Origin: the human T2T-CHM13v2.0 reference genome, Homo sapiens | Reading direction: 5' to 3' (one strand) | Assembly: GCF_009914755.1 (NCBI RefSeq) | Contig: NC_060930.1 | DNA: 64,000 nt | Shown: positions 52,722-64,000 of the stretch, in pieces | Numbering within the stretch: the stretch's first letter is position 1 | Layout: the number at the start of each line of letters is the position of its first letter | Notes under the pieces: model-generated | What the model was told of the DNA's origin: nothing | The model's database searches: none | Seen by the model: the letters and a program-made list of their open reading frames with translations, nothing else | Translations under genes and position numbers: made by a program

Positions 52722-53453
52722 TGTTGTATAATAAAAGAAATTGGCTGGCCTTTTCCCCCATGCCTGATTGGGACCCTTGAAACCCTTGGAATTTCCTGAG
52801 CGATAGGAATGTCTGTTATTCATGGTGGTCCTCTGGTAGCACACATAAGCTTACGCTAATGAGATGACTTATGATTGACTCCTAGATAGTTTATAATAAT
52901 GAGATGACTCAGGTTGGAGATTAGTTCCAATCATGTGATTAAAGGGTTGGGGCTTTGAGCCATGCAATATCAGCAGGTCCTCTTGGGAAGGGAGGGAGCT
53001 GGAGAGTGAGTTGAACCACACAGCCAAGGATTCAGTAACTCATGCCTTCATAACAAAATCCCAATAAAAGATCTAGGAACTGAAGGTTCAGTGACCTTCC
53101 TGGTTGGTGATCCACATGGATGTGGGGGTGACAGGTCCAGAGGATGATGGAGCTTCTAGTACCCTCCCAGGTCTTTCCCTATGAATCTCTTATTTTGCTC
53201 ACCCTGATTTGCATGTTTTATAATAAAACTGTTAACACTACTAGCACTTTCCTGAATTCCTGAATTTCCTGGGTCCTTCTAGTGAATTATTGAATTCCTG
53301 AGGGGTTAGCAGGAACTCTCAAATTTCAGACTGTTTTGTCAGAGCATAGGTGCTTGTGGCTAGTGTCTGAAGTAAGGGTAGTTCTGTGGGAAACTGTCCT
53401 TATCTGTGAAATTTCACCTAGCTCCAGATACTTAGAGTCAGAATTGCATTTCA
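52722..53453 (+). mobile_element. MER21C-like LTR
   Basis: AAACCCTTGGAATTTCCTGAGCGATAGG, GCTAATGAGATGACT, CATGTGATTAAAGGGTTGG, CTTCCTGGTTGGTGA, TCTAGTGAATTATTGAA, GTCAGAATTG. Confidence 0.85.
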
Positions 53454-54767
53454 GTGGCAAACCAAAATGCTTTTGGATTGGGGAAGGTTACATAAATAAA
53501 ATACATTTTTAATATGATAAATATAGTAATACACACTTGGTCTATAGGGAGGCATCTGTCACTGACTCCAGCTTATACCTTTGTGCAGAATTGTACACTC
53601 AGCATTGCCAACAGTTGTAATTTTTAAGGAAAAGGACAAACCCTTATTTTTATATGAAATCTCATGGTTTTTAAAATTTTGTCTGATAACGTCTGGCCCT
53701 CGACAACTTGACACATTTCACTTAAAATATATTCTGGGAACTTCAGTTTGGGGCCCAACATAAAAATACCTTCAAGGTCATCATACCTGTCATTACAAGA
53801 AAAAGCTGAGAAAATTAAAAAGGCAACTATTTTTTCTGGACATATCCGAAGTCTCAGGGAAAACAGAGACATGGTAATACAGAGTCATAATAAGGATCTG
53901 CCTTGCCTTACTGGAATAGAGCCATAAACTGGTAGGAACACTTAAATGATAATTTTGATGAATTACTGGAGACTGAATATAGATTAGCATAAGAGTAAGA
54001 ACGTCCTGAAGGGGCTGCTGCCTTTGGGCTCAGCACACTTTTATGTGGTTTCTTTTCCAGGAAGCCCACCAGGTTCTCATAATGAAGTTCTAACTCTAAC
54101 AGGTAAAGAGGAAAAATAAACATGTAGGTGACAAGACAAAACATTAAAATATGTGTGGGTAAAATAGAACTACAGGGAAATTGAAAAATCCACTAATAGA
54201 GTTGGAGAGTAAAACATCACTTTTTAAGTAATTGATTGGCTGAGAAGGAAGAAATCAGAAAAAGATATAATTGACATGATAAATATATTCTTATCATTTA
54301 ATTACTTGTACATGTATTTCCACTGTAATTTATCTATAGCTTTATGAATTTAATAAATGTTTAAGTGGTTAGAGTATAAAAGTCTAACTGATAAGAATAT
54401 AAGATATGCTAAGCAAGCAAAAGATATAAAACCTTTTTTATCCTTGTTTAGTTTATCAAAACAAAGGTTTTTAAAGTTGATTAAAGGTCTGCAAAAAGCT
54501 GTCTAAATGATAGTGTTATGATGTTTCAAAAATATAACAAAATGTGCTTTTGATAGACAAGAAGTAATAAGTGCTAAATATTCTGTGACATTTATATTTC
54601 ATAAGTATAAACCTAATGCTATTAAAACACATTCATCATTTAGTTTGTACAAGAAAAAATGTTATTCTAAGTTTAAAATGCTATAATAATTAGCCCTTTT
54701 AACTTAATCAAACAACTGGTTTTTTAAACAATTTTTTGGAGATTCTTAGTGTAACTATTGTTCTTCT

Positions 54768-55050
54768 GTATTGCTCAGGATGATAATAGTAACTGCATTA
54801 TTTGATGACCTCTGTGGTTTAACACAATAGAAATTTACTTGTCATTTCTGTCATATTCCAAGGCAGTCAGCTAGAAATCTGAGGAGGCCTTCCTCTAAAG
54901 ATGTTTATACGCTATCTACCTAGTAGGTTTGCTGCTAAATGAATGAATTGGGAGTAAGAGGGAATGAAAGATCCTTCAAGATTGCAAGTAAACCCCATTT
55001 GTGCTCATATTCCTTTGGTCAGAACTCAAATACAGAACGCGGCCCCTCCT
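54768..55050 (-). mobile_element. Old MLT1-family LTR fragment
   Basis: GTGGTTTAACACAATAGAAATTTACTT and GCTCATATTCCTTTGGTCAGAACT. Confidence 0.5.
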
Positions 55051-55581
55051 AGGTGATCAGAACTGTTAGATACATGGATTTACTCCTGGCATATAAATAC
55101 ATCAGGAAATTATTCTCAAAAGTCACAGAGTGATATCTTTAAAGGGACACTGCTTTAGTTATGAGTTGAACCAGAATTTGTGGTTTCTGTTAGTTCAAAA
55201 TTGTTAAAAATTCTAATCACTTGCCAATAATCTAAGGTTAGATTGAAAGACAGAATATGTAATTTGAAGAAACTGTAATTTCATCTTGCAATTAATTAGT
55301 AGTAAGTACTGAATATTCTAAATTACACTTAAATCATTATTTCGCCTAAATAATAGACAAAATACCAAACATAAATGTTGGTATATAATTTTTGTAATAC
55401 ATTGGATAAGATTTATAAGCTTCCTACAAGATGCAACAGACTAGAATGAAAGGCAGGAATACTCGTATGGATGTTCCTCCTTAAATTATGTGTAAACCAT
55501 AAGAACTAACTACTTTCAAACTAGGAAATGTTTATAAATATTATTATTCATTTTTTTCCTTTGTCTGAAATTTTTGTCTTT

Positions 55582-55635
55582 TTTTTTGAGACGGAATATC
55601 ACTCTTGTTGCCCAAACGGCACAATCACGGCTCAA
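55582..55635 (-). mobile_element. Extremely truncated Alu (54 bp, Sp/Sq-type 3' end) with TSD
   Basis: Minus strand TGAGCCGTGATTGTGCCGTT-TGGGCAACAAGAGTGATATTCCGTCTC-A tail; exact 15-bp TSD GAAATTTTTGTCTTT (55567-55581, 55636-55650). Confidence 0.88.
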
Positions 55636-57139
55636 GAAATTTTTGTCTTTAATTTTATTTTTCCTATTTTTATATTCAGTATTAGTTTGCAAGTTTTTTA
55701 AAAAAATACTCTTTGACTCAAAAAACATCTGTGAGGTGATTGATATGTACTGAGCTTACATTCAAAGTTTAGGATTATGCTGTTTTAATAATTTTTAGGA
55801 AATTTTTGTATGTCTCTAGCTTATATAATAATGTTATTCTTAAAAACCAAAATCTGTTTACACAATATATACTAGTATCTAATTTACATATTAGATTACA
55901 TTCTATTTTTTTCTTTAAAATTATGATGGTAGTAGGATAAGATACAAATGTATATCACCACTTACTACAATATTCCCAGGATATTTACAGGTGATTCATG
56001 AAATTACACTTAGATATTGAAATAAAATACTATTTTTAAAAAGTGATGTTTTAACATAATTGGTTTTAAATTTGTATGAAGTGATAGTCTTTTGGCCGTG
56101 TTAAGAGGTTGGTAAACTTCTTTAAAACAGCCAATCTTAAATGAGCCTTCCAGTATAACAATATGTGATTTTATTCATTGTATCCCCACTATGTGAGCAC
56201 TGCAGCATGACAATAGATAATACTAAGGGGTCAGAATTAGCTTTCTTCGCAATAATTTGTGTGACTTACCAAGCATCTTTTTCAACTTACTAACAATGAC
56301 ATTTAATATAATTTGGAGTATTTGATTATCACATTTACTTTTAGTAAATAAATACTAACAGTTTTAATGTTGAATATACAATTTTTATACAAATATTTGT
56401 TAATGGCATTAACGTCTCAACTTATTTCAGTTCATATTATAGAACTAATACAAAAGAAAGGTTAAAAATGGAAATAAAAAAGAAGTTTTATAGAGATTGA
56501 GATGCCCTTCAATTTGTTAAAGAGTTCATTTTTCCTTTAGTTAAAAAAGAAGCATTTGAATCAAATACATAAATATTAAAAAGGCAATTATGGTTTGTTT
56601 CCGGGACAACAGAAATGAAGTACATGATACAATAATGGAAATAATTTACAGCTCAGTGGGACGACCATAGAGACAATAATCTAATGGAAAACTCACATTT
56701 GTTTAAAAAGAAAATAAGATCTCTTATCCAAGCCCATCTTTAATTTCAACTTTAGTGTACCAGGTGATAGTACAGAATCCCACATTTCAAATCTTTCAAA
56801 GACATTTTTAGTAGTTCATGGAAGGTTAGGAAGCAACATCACTACTTTAATGCAAATAGGTTCTTCTGAATAGGCTAGCAATTCAATTATATTTAGGAAG
56901 AAAATACTTTTGCTTCCCTAGAAACCCTATGATGTTCTGTAACAAATAATAAGCCCATGCAAAATTCTATATGCCATAGGTAGGTCTGACTCAACTTTTA
57001 AAACTCCACAGGTATAGTTACAAGTGTCTCATATGAACATACAAATATAATGACCTTCTCAATTAGAGCCCCAGAAGTTAGAAAATACTTTCAGTTTATG
57101 TAAAAGAGTACATTTAAAATTAGCTTAGTCCATGATTTT

Positions 57140-57316
57140 TCTTTCTTTTTTTTAAATTTTCATTTTAAGTTCAGGGGTATATGTACAGGTTTGTTACACA
57201 AGTAAACTTGTGTCATGGGGGTTTGTTGTACAGATTATTTCATCACCCAGGTATTAAGCCTAGTACCCATTAGTTATTTTTCCGTATCCTCTCCCTCCTT
57301 CCAACCTCCAGCCTCC
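57140..57316 (-). mobile_element. Older primate L1 3' end (L1PA13-16-like)
   Basis: TTTTAAGTTCAGGGGTA..CAGGTTTGTTAC...GTACAGATTATTTCATCACCCAGGTATTAAGCCTAGTACCCATTAGTTATTTTTCC. Confidence 0.88.
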
Positions 57317-60300
57317 TAAATAACCTGTCATTTTTACAACGATATCTGATAAATATTTTGAATATGAATCCAGCCTCCTGGGAAATATGATTCATTTGTA
57401 ATTCAAGACCAGATAAGTATAACATAAAGCTAGCATCAAGAACAGAATTGCAAAAACATGACTGTAAATAATAATAGCTCTATCATAATATATGCTTATT
57501 AGTTTAGTCAATAATGCATATGTAAATTGGGCTCTGGTATTTTTAATAAATTTTGACCACAATTATATGACATAGATGAGCATCCTCACATATCTTAAGT
57601 AGCCACAGTAACATGAAGAGAAATCATGCATTTTACCTTGGATAATTTATCTAAATCTAAAAATGTGTGGAGGAATTATGAAGGAGACCAGTTGGCATTC
57701 TTGTATTCATGAAACAATTTATTGCCTTTTGATTGGAGACTAATGGCTGCCCAACTTTTAAGGCATTAATAACTCATAAAGTAGGAAGCTAGCCAGAGGA
57801 CAGATACAGTTGAGGTTCACAATTATGGATAAGGATTAGGGTTGGCTCTAAGGAAAATTTTTATTTTAGTAATGATGCATGTCAGATTTTCTTTTGGCTT
57901 ATTCCTTGGTACCTATAGAGAAAAAAGTAAGTGAAATGAAAAAGCTCTATCACTACATGTAGTTTAAGAAGATTTTTAAAAATGCAATTATATTTTGTGG
58001 CCTAGTAATGAATTACAATATAATTCTTCAGGGTGGAGTTGGGTATGGGAAGAATATGTTCTACTACTTCAGCTCAATATCTATTTACATAATAACACCT
58101 TTCATAATATTAGAAATGTGAGAAAGTCATCTAGATGACCAGATTGCTTGAGAGTCTGTCAATCAACCTCAGCAATGACAGGAGATATTAAGGTTGTGCT
58201 GTCAGTTCACCTAGAAATGGCAGATAAGACATGGCTCTGATGGAAGAAAATGTAAATTTTGACCATTGGAAAGGCCCTGTGAAACTCTGCTGACCTACCT
58301 GAGCCACAATGGAAGAACTCAAAGGGCATGGGTCCCAGAGACTCTGAAAATGGGATCTGTTGTTATTAAAACTTAACACTGTGTTTAGCCTAGTGTGACT
58401 AGGAGTAAGCATAATGCAAGATAACTTAGACACTTCTAAGGATACTTTCTTTCTTGAATATTCTGGAATTTTGTAAATTTGGGGTAAGTAAATTAGTCTA
58501 AATAACTACCACCAATATATAAGTGCAAAACTTAGGAATAATTACTAATTTTATTAAGGAACTTCAATGTATGTTATCATATTTGACCCACATAACGATC
58601 TGTGTAAAATAGGCATTATTATCTCAGTTTCTCATGTGAAACTTAAAGCTGTTAGGTAGTCTGTCCTTGCAGGAATAGTGTATATCCACCAGACAAATAC
58701 ATGACTGTCTGATGCTGAAGTCTTTGTTCTATTACACCATGCGGCCATAGAGAAAACTGGAAGAAATTGCCATCATTGCTTGCAAAAATCAATATTTACC
58801 ATTCCACATGAATGCATAGGTACGACATAAATGAAAAGGCTATTTTTGCTTGAGAAATAATTGTATTTCTTTCTTTTTATGTTTTCTCATCAGAAACTTG
58901 AAATGTGAGAACAGCTAATACAATCCTGGTTGACCTCAAGATCCTTTAGGATTATTTTGTGATTTGACTTTCATGAACAAAGAACCAGTGAAAAAATACA
59001 AAACAAACCAACGAACATGTAATGGTGCTGACAAGTATCCTGCCTGGCTCGCTACCCTTAGGAGACTGTCATCCTGTTTCATTGTCAGTTTATAAACATC
59101 ATTGCTAAATGGAAAGCAGAGATAATTCATTCAGTTCACTTAGGAAAACCTTGAACTTCAGGTCACCTAAACTAAATCTGTTTAAATCTCAGAAGTAATG
59201 AGAGAGCAAACATAAAATTATAGAAAATTCTAATGCTATTTTCATCCCAGGGAGTTCAGAATTACATTATGCAGGGAATATAATTAACTCCACTGAATTC
59301 TACCCTAAGTAGCATGTTAGAAGTGTAGGATTTGTCATTAGCATAAATGGAACAAAAACACAGGCCTGAAGTAAAATATCTGCAACATTGCCATCAACAG
59401 CCAATGGGAATGAAAGAATCTTGCAAAGGAATGACAGGTCAAAGGAAGTGATGAAAGCTATAATTAAAACCATAAACTGTAAGTAAAAGAGCATGTAAAC
59501 TACAGAGCCATTTAGTCTATGGGTGAATGAATCCAGAATAATTATATTAAGCTAAATGAAGAGTTACTGCTTTCTTGCAAGGCTCACGCTAGAACAGAAA
59601 ACAAAGCTTCCCGAGAGGAGTCAGAAAATCTTCATTCTCTGTTGGGTCTGTTCTGAATCACTGTTTGATTTCTAGTAAGAACTTAAACTTCCTAAATGTC
59701 TCTTTCCCATGACTGTATTCTGAGACCAATCATATTTCCTTTACAGGTAGGTTTAGAAGACAAGTTAAAAAAATAGTTAAAAGATGTTTGGGAGAAAGAT
59801 AATAAAATATAACTATGTTTCTATTGAAGTCTCCAGGCATGATAAAAACCAGTCTAAAATAGAAAAAATTCAGGTTTATGTTTTGTTCTTACTATTGATT
59901 TGATGCCTACATTTAATCACATAATCTCGTAGAATTTCAGTTTCCTTATATGTAAGTTCAAATAAAGACAAAGTTGTGGTCGGGTGAAGCTCAGATGACA
60001 AAACGTATTTAAATGCAATATGGAAAATGTAAAAATCTAGAAATAATACCGATAATTTTTAAAACTTACTGCCAATGGTATACAATAGAAGAGTAATGAC
60101 AAGCCTATGAAAGCAAGATGTATATGGAAACTTTTATATCCAAATTTGTCAGTAAACCAAGCAATGTCTGCAATGGTCAGTAGCTCAGTATCTCTCCGTT
60201 TATTAAAATATTTTTAAACATAGATTTACATTTTATTTTAGTTGGCTTTTATAGTTTAATAAGAGTGCCAATTTCATATAGTGAGAATCACATTTTAAAA

Positions 60301-60765
60301 GGTGTAAATCCCGATTCTTTACAAGGATATTGCTACTGTTTATTTTGAAAAGATGAAAGGGGAGCATTAAGGTAAGAGCTGCAGACTCTCAAAGGAGAGG
60401 CAAAGCACAAAAGTTTCTTTGCATAATAATGAAATGAATTGTTTTGGAATTTCCTCCTCAAAACTTCAAGCCTAGATATCATACTTTACAAGGTAATTAA
60501 TTTACTTCATAATTTATTTTTAAATTCTTCCTAATCATTTTCAAGATATATGATGCTTTGTCAGTGTCCTAAGAGCCCCTGATGTTGCCTGCAGATGTGT
60601 TCTGTTCGGCCTACGCAGTGAATCTTTTCATAGAGCTAAATTTTCAATTCCCATCAACACCTATGGGATTAGAATTGAACCTATCCATATTTAACTTACT
60701 TGTCTGGCTCCTGAAGAGTTTTTAGTTTGCACCTCTGTATACAGCATAGAACCTTAAAACAAATA

Positions 60766-61179
60766 TAGTTGACCCTTGAACAACGTGGGGGTTGAGGGTG
60801 CTAACTCCACGCAGTGAAACATCCACATATACATTTGACTTTCCCAAAACTTAACTACTAATAGCCTACTGTTGAAAGGAAGATTTAGTGATAAACAGCT
60901 CATTAGCACACATATTTTGTATTCTTACAACAAAGTAAACTAAAGAAAAGAAAATGTTATTAAGACAATCATAAGGAAAATAATATATATTTACTATTCA
61001 TTAAGTGGAAGTGGATCATCATAAATGTCTTTATCTTCATCATCTTCACATCAAGTAGGCTGAGGAGGAGGAGGAAGAGGATGGGTTAGTCTTGCTATCT
61101 CAGAGGTGACCTAGGCAGAAGAAAATGTGTGTATGAGTGGAACATGCAGTTCAAGCCTGTGTTGTTCAAGGGTCAACTG
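60766..61179 (-). mobile_element. Tigger2a non-autonomous deletion derivative
   Basis: Terminal inverted repeats TAGTTGACCCTTGAACAAC / GTTGTTCAAGGGTCAACTG; body co-linear with both ends of the Tigger2 at 41622-44555. Confidence 0.9.
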
Positions 61180-61668
61180 CAATATGAAATTATTATTTAC
61201 TGAAAGGAACTCCAGTTATAATGTTCATTAAATCCACATAATATATTTTGAACAGATATTTTTCTAATTTTTATGGTCTTGAATGTGTTCCAACTTATTT
61301 TTTATTCTTCAGTTTAATACTTATAATTTATATAGACTGAATGAAAATAATTTATTTTCCTTCTTGAATCACCAGAAGTTATTCTAGGGAGTATAAATTT
61401 GAGCATAAGCTGAACCCTTTCTATCTCATTCACCTCTAAAGCAGCCTCCCAATCCCTCGAATCCCTTATGCTAGGCTAATTTTAAAGCACCTCTATATCA
61501 GGGTACTGCTTTTAAATTATTTTTGTGTTTTTAAATAGCCATGATTCAAATCTATTTTCAGTGACTTTGAATTCACAGATTTCAAGTCCATTGTTGCAGT
61601 ACTATTTTACTGCAAAAGTGTTCTCTGCAAGGCATTGATAGATTAGTAAGTAATGGGAATAAATTTCT

Positions 61669-61900
61669 GAACACATGGACACTGGGAGGGGAACAACATA
61701 CACTGGGACCTGTTGGGACATGGGGGGCAAAATATGGGAGAGCATTAAGACAAATACCTAATGCATGTGGGCTTAAAATCTTAATGACAGGTTGATAGGT
61801 GCTGCAAACTACCATGGCACATGTATACCTACGTAACAAACCTGCACATTCTACTCATGTATCCCAGAACTCAAGGCAAAATTTAAAAAAAAAATTAAAA
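61669..61900 (+). mobile_element. LINE-1 3' end (L1PA8-like)
   Basis: GAACACATGGACAC...AATACCTAATGCATGTGGGCTTAAAA...GGTTGATAGGTGC...AACAAACCTGCACATTCT, A tail. Confidence 0.88.
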
Positions 61901-63736
61901 GTAATGATTAAGCTGCTGAGTTGTTTTGCTTCCCGGAATACCACACCTTTCCTTTCTATCCTCAGTCCTTACACCAATTCACACATTTAGGCTAATTGGT
62001 GGTCTGTGCTTTTTCTGGTTTTGGTTTACTTAAATCTTGGTCTTTAGAGAGGTCGGTTGGCATAGACAAAGTATTTCATAAGTCCTTGAGAGAACTAGAC
62101 TGTACCTTTCTGTAATCTAGGGAGAAACAGAAAGGAAAATAAGAGGGAAAAAAGGAGCACATAAATGTTCGCAGGTCCAGTGTCCTGCTTTACTGACAAA
62201 GAACTCAAGATGGAGAATGAGAATGAAAGATTTCCATGCTCCATAGTAATGTAAAAATATCTAAATTCCACATACTTCCATGTGGTAACCATAACACAGA
62301 ACTCCACTATAAGTGAAGGAGCATGAGGACAGGAAAAAGAAACATCTCAGTAGCAATCTATATGGACTGAAGGCCCAGCAGATGCAATGGGGAACATCTC
62401 CTCAAGTGTCAGGTGCAAAAGGATAACTAGTCCCTCCTACAAAGCCTTGGCACTCTGTAAGTCCCTTCATCTCCAATACTTGGCCCAACACTAGGAAAAG
62501 GGGGGTTGTCTTGGCTGAGAAGGAGTTTCCACCAAGTGGTTAATAGGGGGAGAAATTGAAAATAATTTCATTATAGAAAATGATATGTATCGTGCATATC
62601 TGTGTTCTTGCAGAGGTTCATATCTAGCATATAATTAATTAAAAATCAAAATAAAATGTCAAAAGTGTTTTCTTATTACCTGTGATTCATTAGAATCTAG
62701 ACATTAAAACTTTGTAAAGACCTCAGGTATACATGATAGGATGAAGCCATTTCTTCTGCTTTTTAGTTACATCTGCATCACTGACTTCCAATGCAATGTT
62801 GTAGCAAATTCACATACTAAAATAATCTAACATTAAACAGGAATATAATAATTTTTACAATACTCTTCATATGTTGGCAGTATGTGCATGAGGCAAGTAG
62901 TAGACTATATATACATCAGTTCAGTTAAAGAATTTAGTATGTTCCAAGACATGTAGATATTAAATGTAAAGTACAGTATTATTAGGTTTAAACATTTAAC
63001 CAAGCACTAAAACTACCTCAGTGAGTTTCAGTCCAACACTTCATTCCAACTTCAGAAGAGTGCAACTCTCACTGTCATCATACACATGGAGCTATAACAT
63101 TTGGGTCCACTTATTCTTTGCAAATGAGGTGCCTCACTTCTTGACTTCCAAAACTTTTAAGCAATCTATTTCTTATAACATGAATCAAAGGTTTATTGGA
63201 TGTCTTCTGAACCATCTGGGTGAGTTAAGGGTAAAGGAATCTAAAATGCATGTATTCATTTCATTTAAAATACACATGGGCTTATAAACCAATTGAAAAT
63301 TACTTGGCGTGAAAGTAGAGGAACTTGGCAGAAAATGTTTTCTTGAACCCAACATTTTGACAAAGTCCAAATGCAATAAATAATTGCCCAGATTTTTAGC
63401 CATGAATTGGCACAATAGTCAAATAAGAATTAAAGAAAATATATCGAAATGAATTTGAAACAGTTAGATATGCTTTCTTAAATGAAATGTAGCTTATAGA
63501 AAGGCTTATGTATCTTTTACTACAATAATGGATCTTAACTTTCAGGGCTTTGTTTTCTAGCATCTGATTACAACTAGATGTCTTTTATATGCCTCTAGGA
63601 ATCAGGTGGGATTTTTTTGTTTGTTTGTTTTGTTTTTTGTTTTTTCTATTGCCGGTTTATAAGAGTGCTGTAGAAACTGATAGTGTCAGGTGCTCTTACA
63701 ATGAGACTATGGCATGTATGCACACATAGGCACATT

Positions 63737-63795
63737 CCTGCACGCACACATAAAGAAAAAACTCCCTGCACGCACACATAAAGAAAAAACTCCCT
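63737..63795 (+). repeat. Perfect 28-bp tandem duplication
   Basis: CCTGCACGCACACATAAAGAAAAAACTC twice (63737-63764, 63765-63792) plus CCT. Confidence 0.95.
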
Positions 63796-64000
63796 ACTCC
63801 ACAAAGTAAAAGTAAAAACTGCTCTTTGTATTTGTTCCTTTGAAGATTATGCTACACACCCACCCACCCACACACACATACACACAGACACACACACACA
63901 CACAGAGCTTCTAATCTACTAACAGGAACAGCTAACAATATTTTTTGTAAATTTTTGCTTCCAACAAGGGTTGCTATATAAAATGCAAGATGCACATTTA

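Overview
This is AT-rich, CpG-depleted primate (human-like) non-coding DNA, identified by AluJ/S/Y, L1PA, MER and MLT/MST repeats. No host protein-coding gene, RNA gene or CRISPR array can be supported. The ORFs in the track are chance ORFs, Alu/L1 read-outs or pieces of a decayed Tigger2 transposase. Much of the window is transposon-derived: several Alus (one only 54 bp), 5'-truncated L1PA ends with target-site duplications (TSDs), and old L1M/L2/MIR/MER5 relics. It also holds a near full-length Tigger2 plus a Tigger2a derivative, a solo ERVK-class (LTR3-like) LTR, a three-level nest of ERV1 LTRs, and MST/MLT1/MER21 LTRs. The repeat-poor stretches (about 1-4.4 kb and 10-19 kb) contain the most interesting unexplained structure: two short dispersed duplications, a perfect 15-bp-arm hairpin, and strong minus-strand splice signals including a recursive-splice-like AG|GTAAGT site. 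These hint that the window lies inside a long minus-strand transcript, which I cannot name. I found no convincing new biological system. Repeat subfamily names are from memory of consensus sequences and need RepeatMasker/Dfam confirmation; boundaries of old repeats are approximate.
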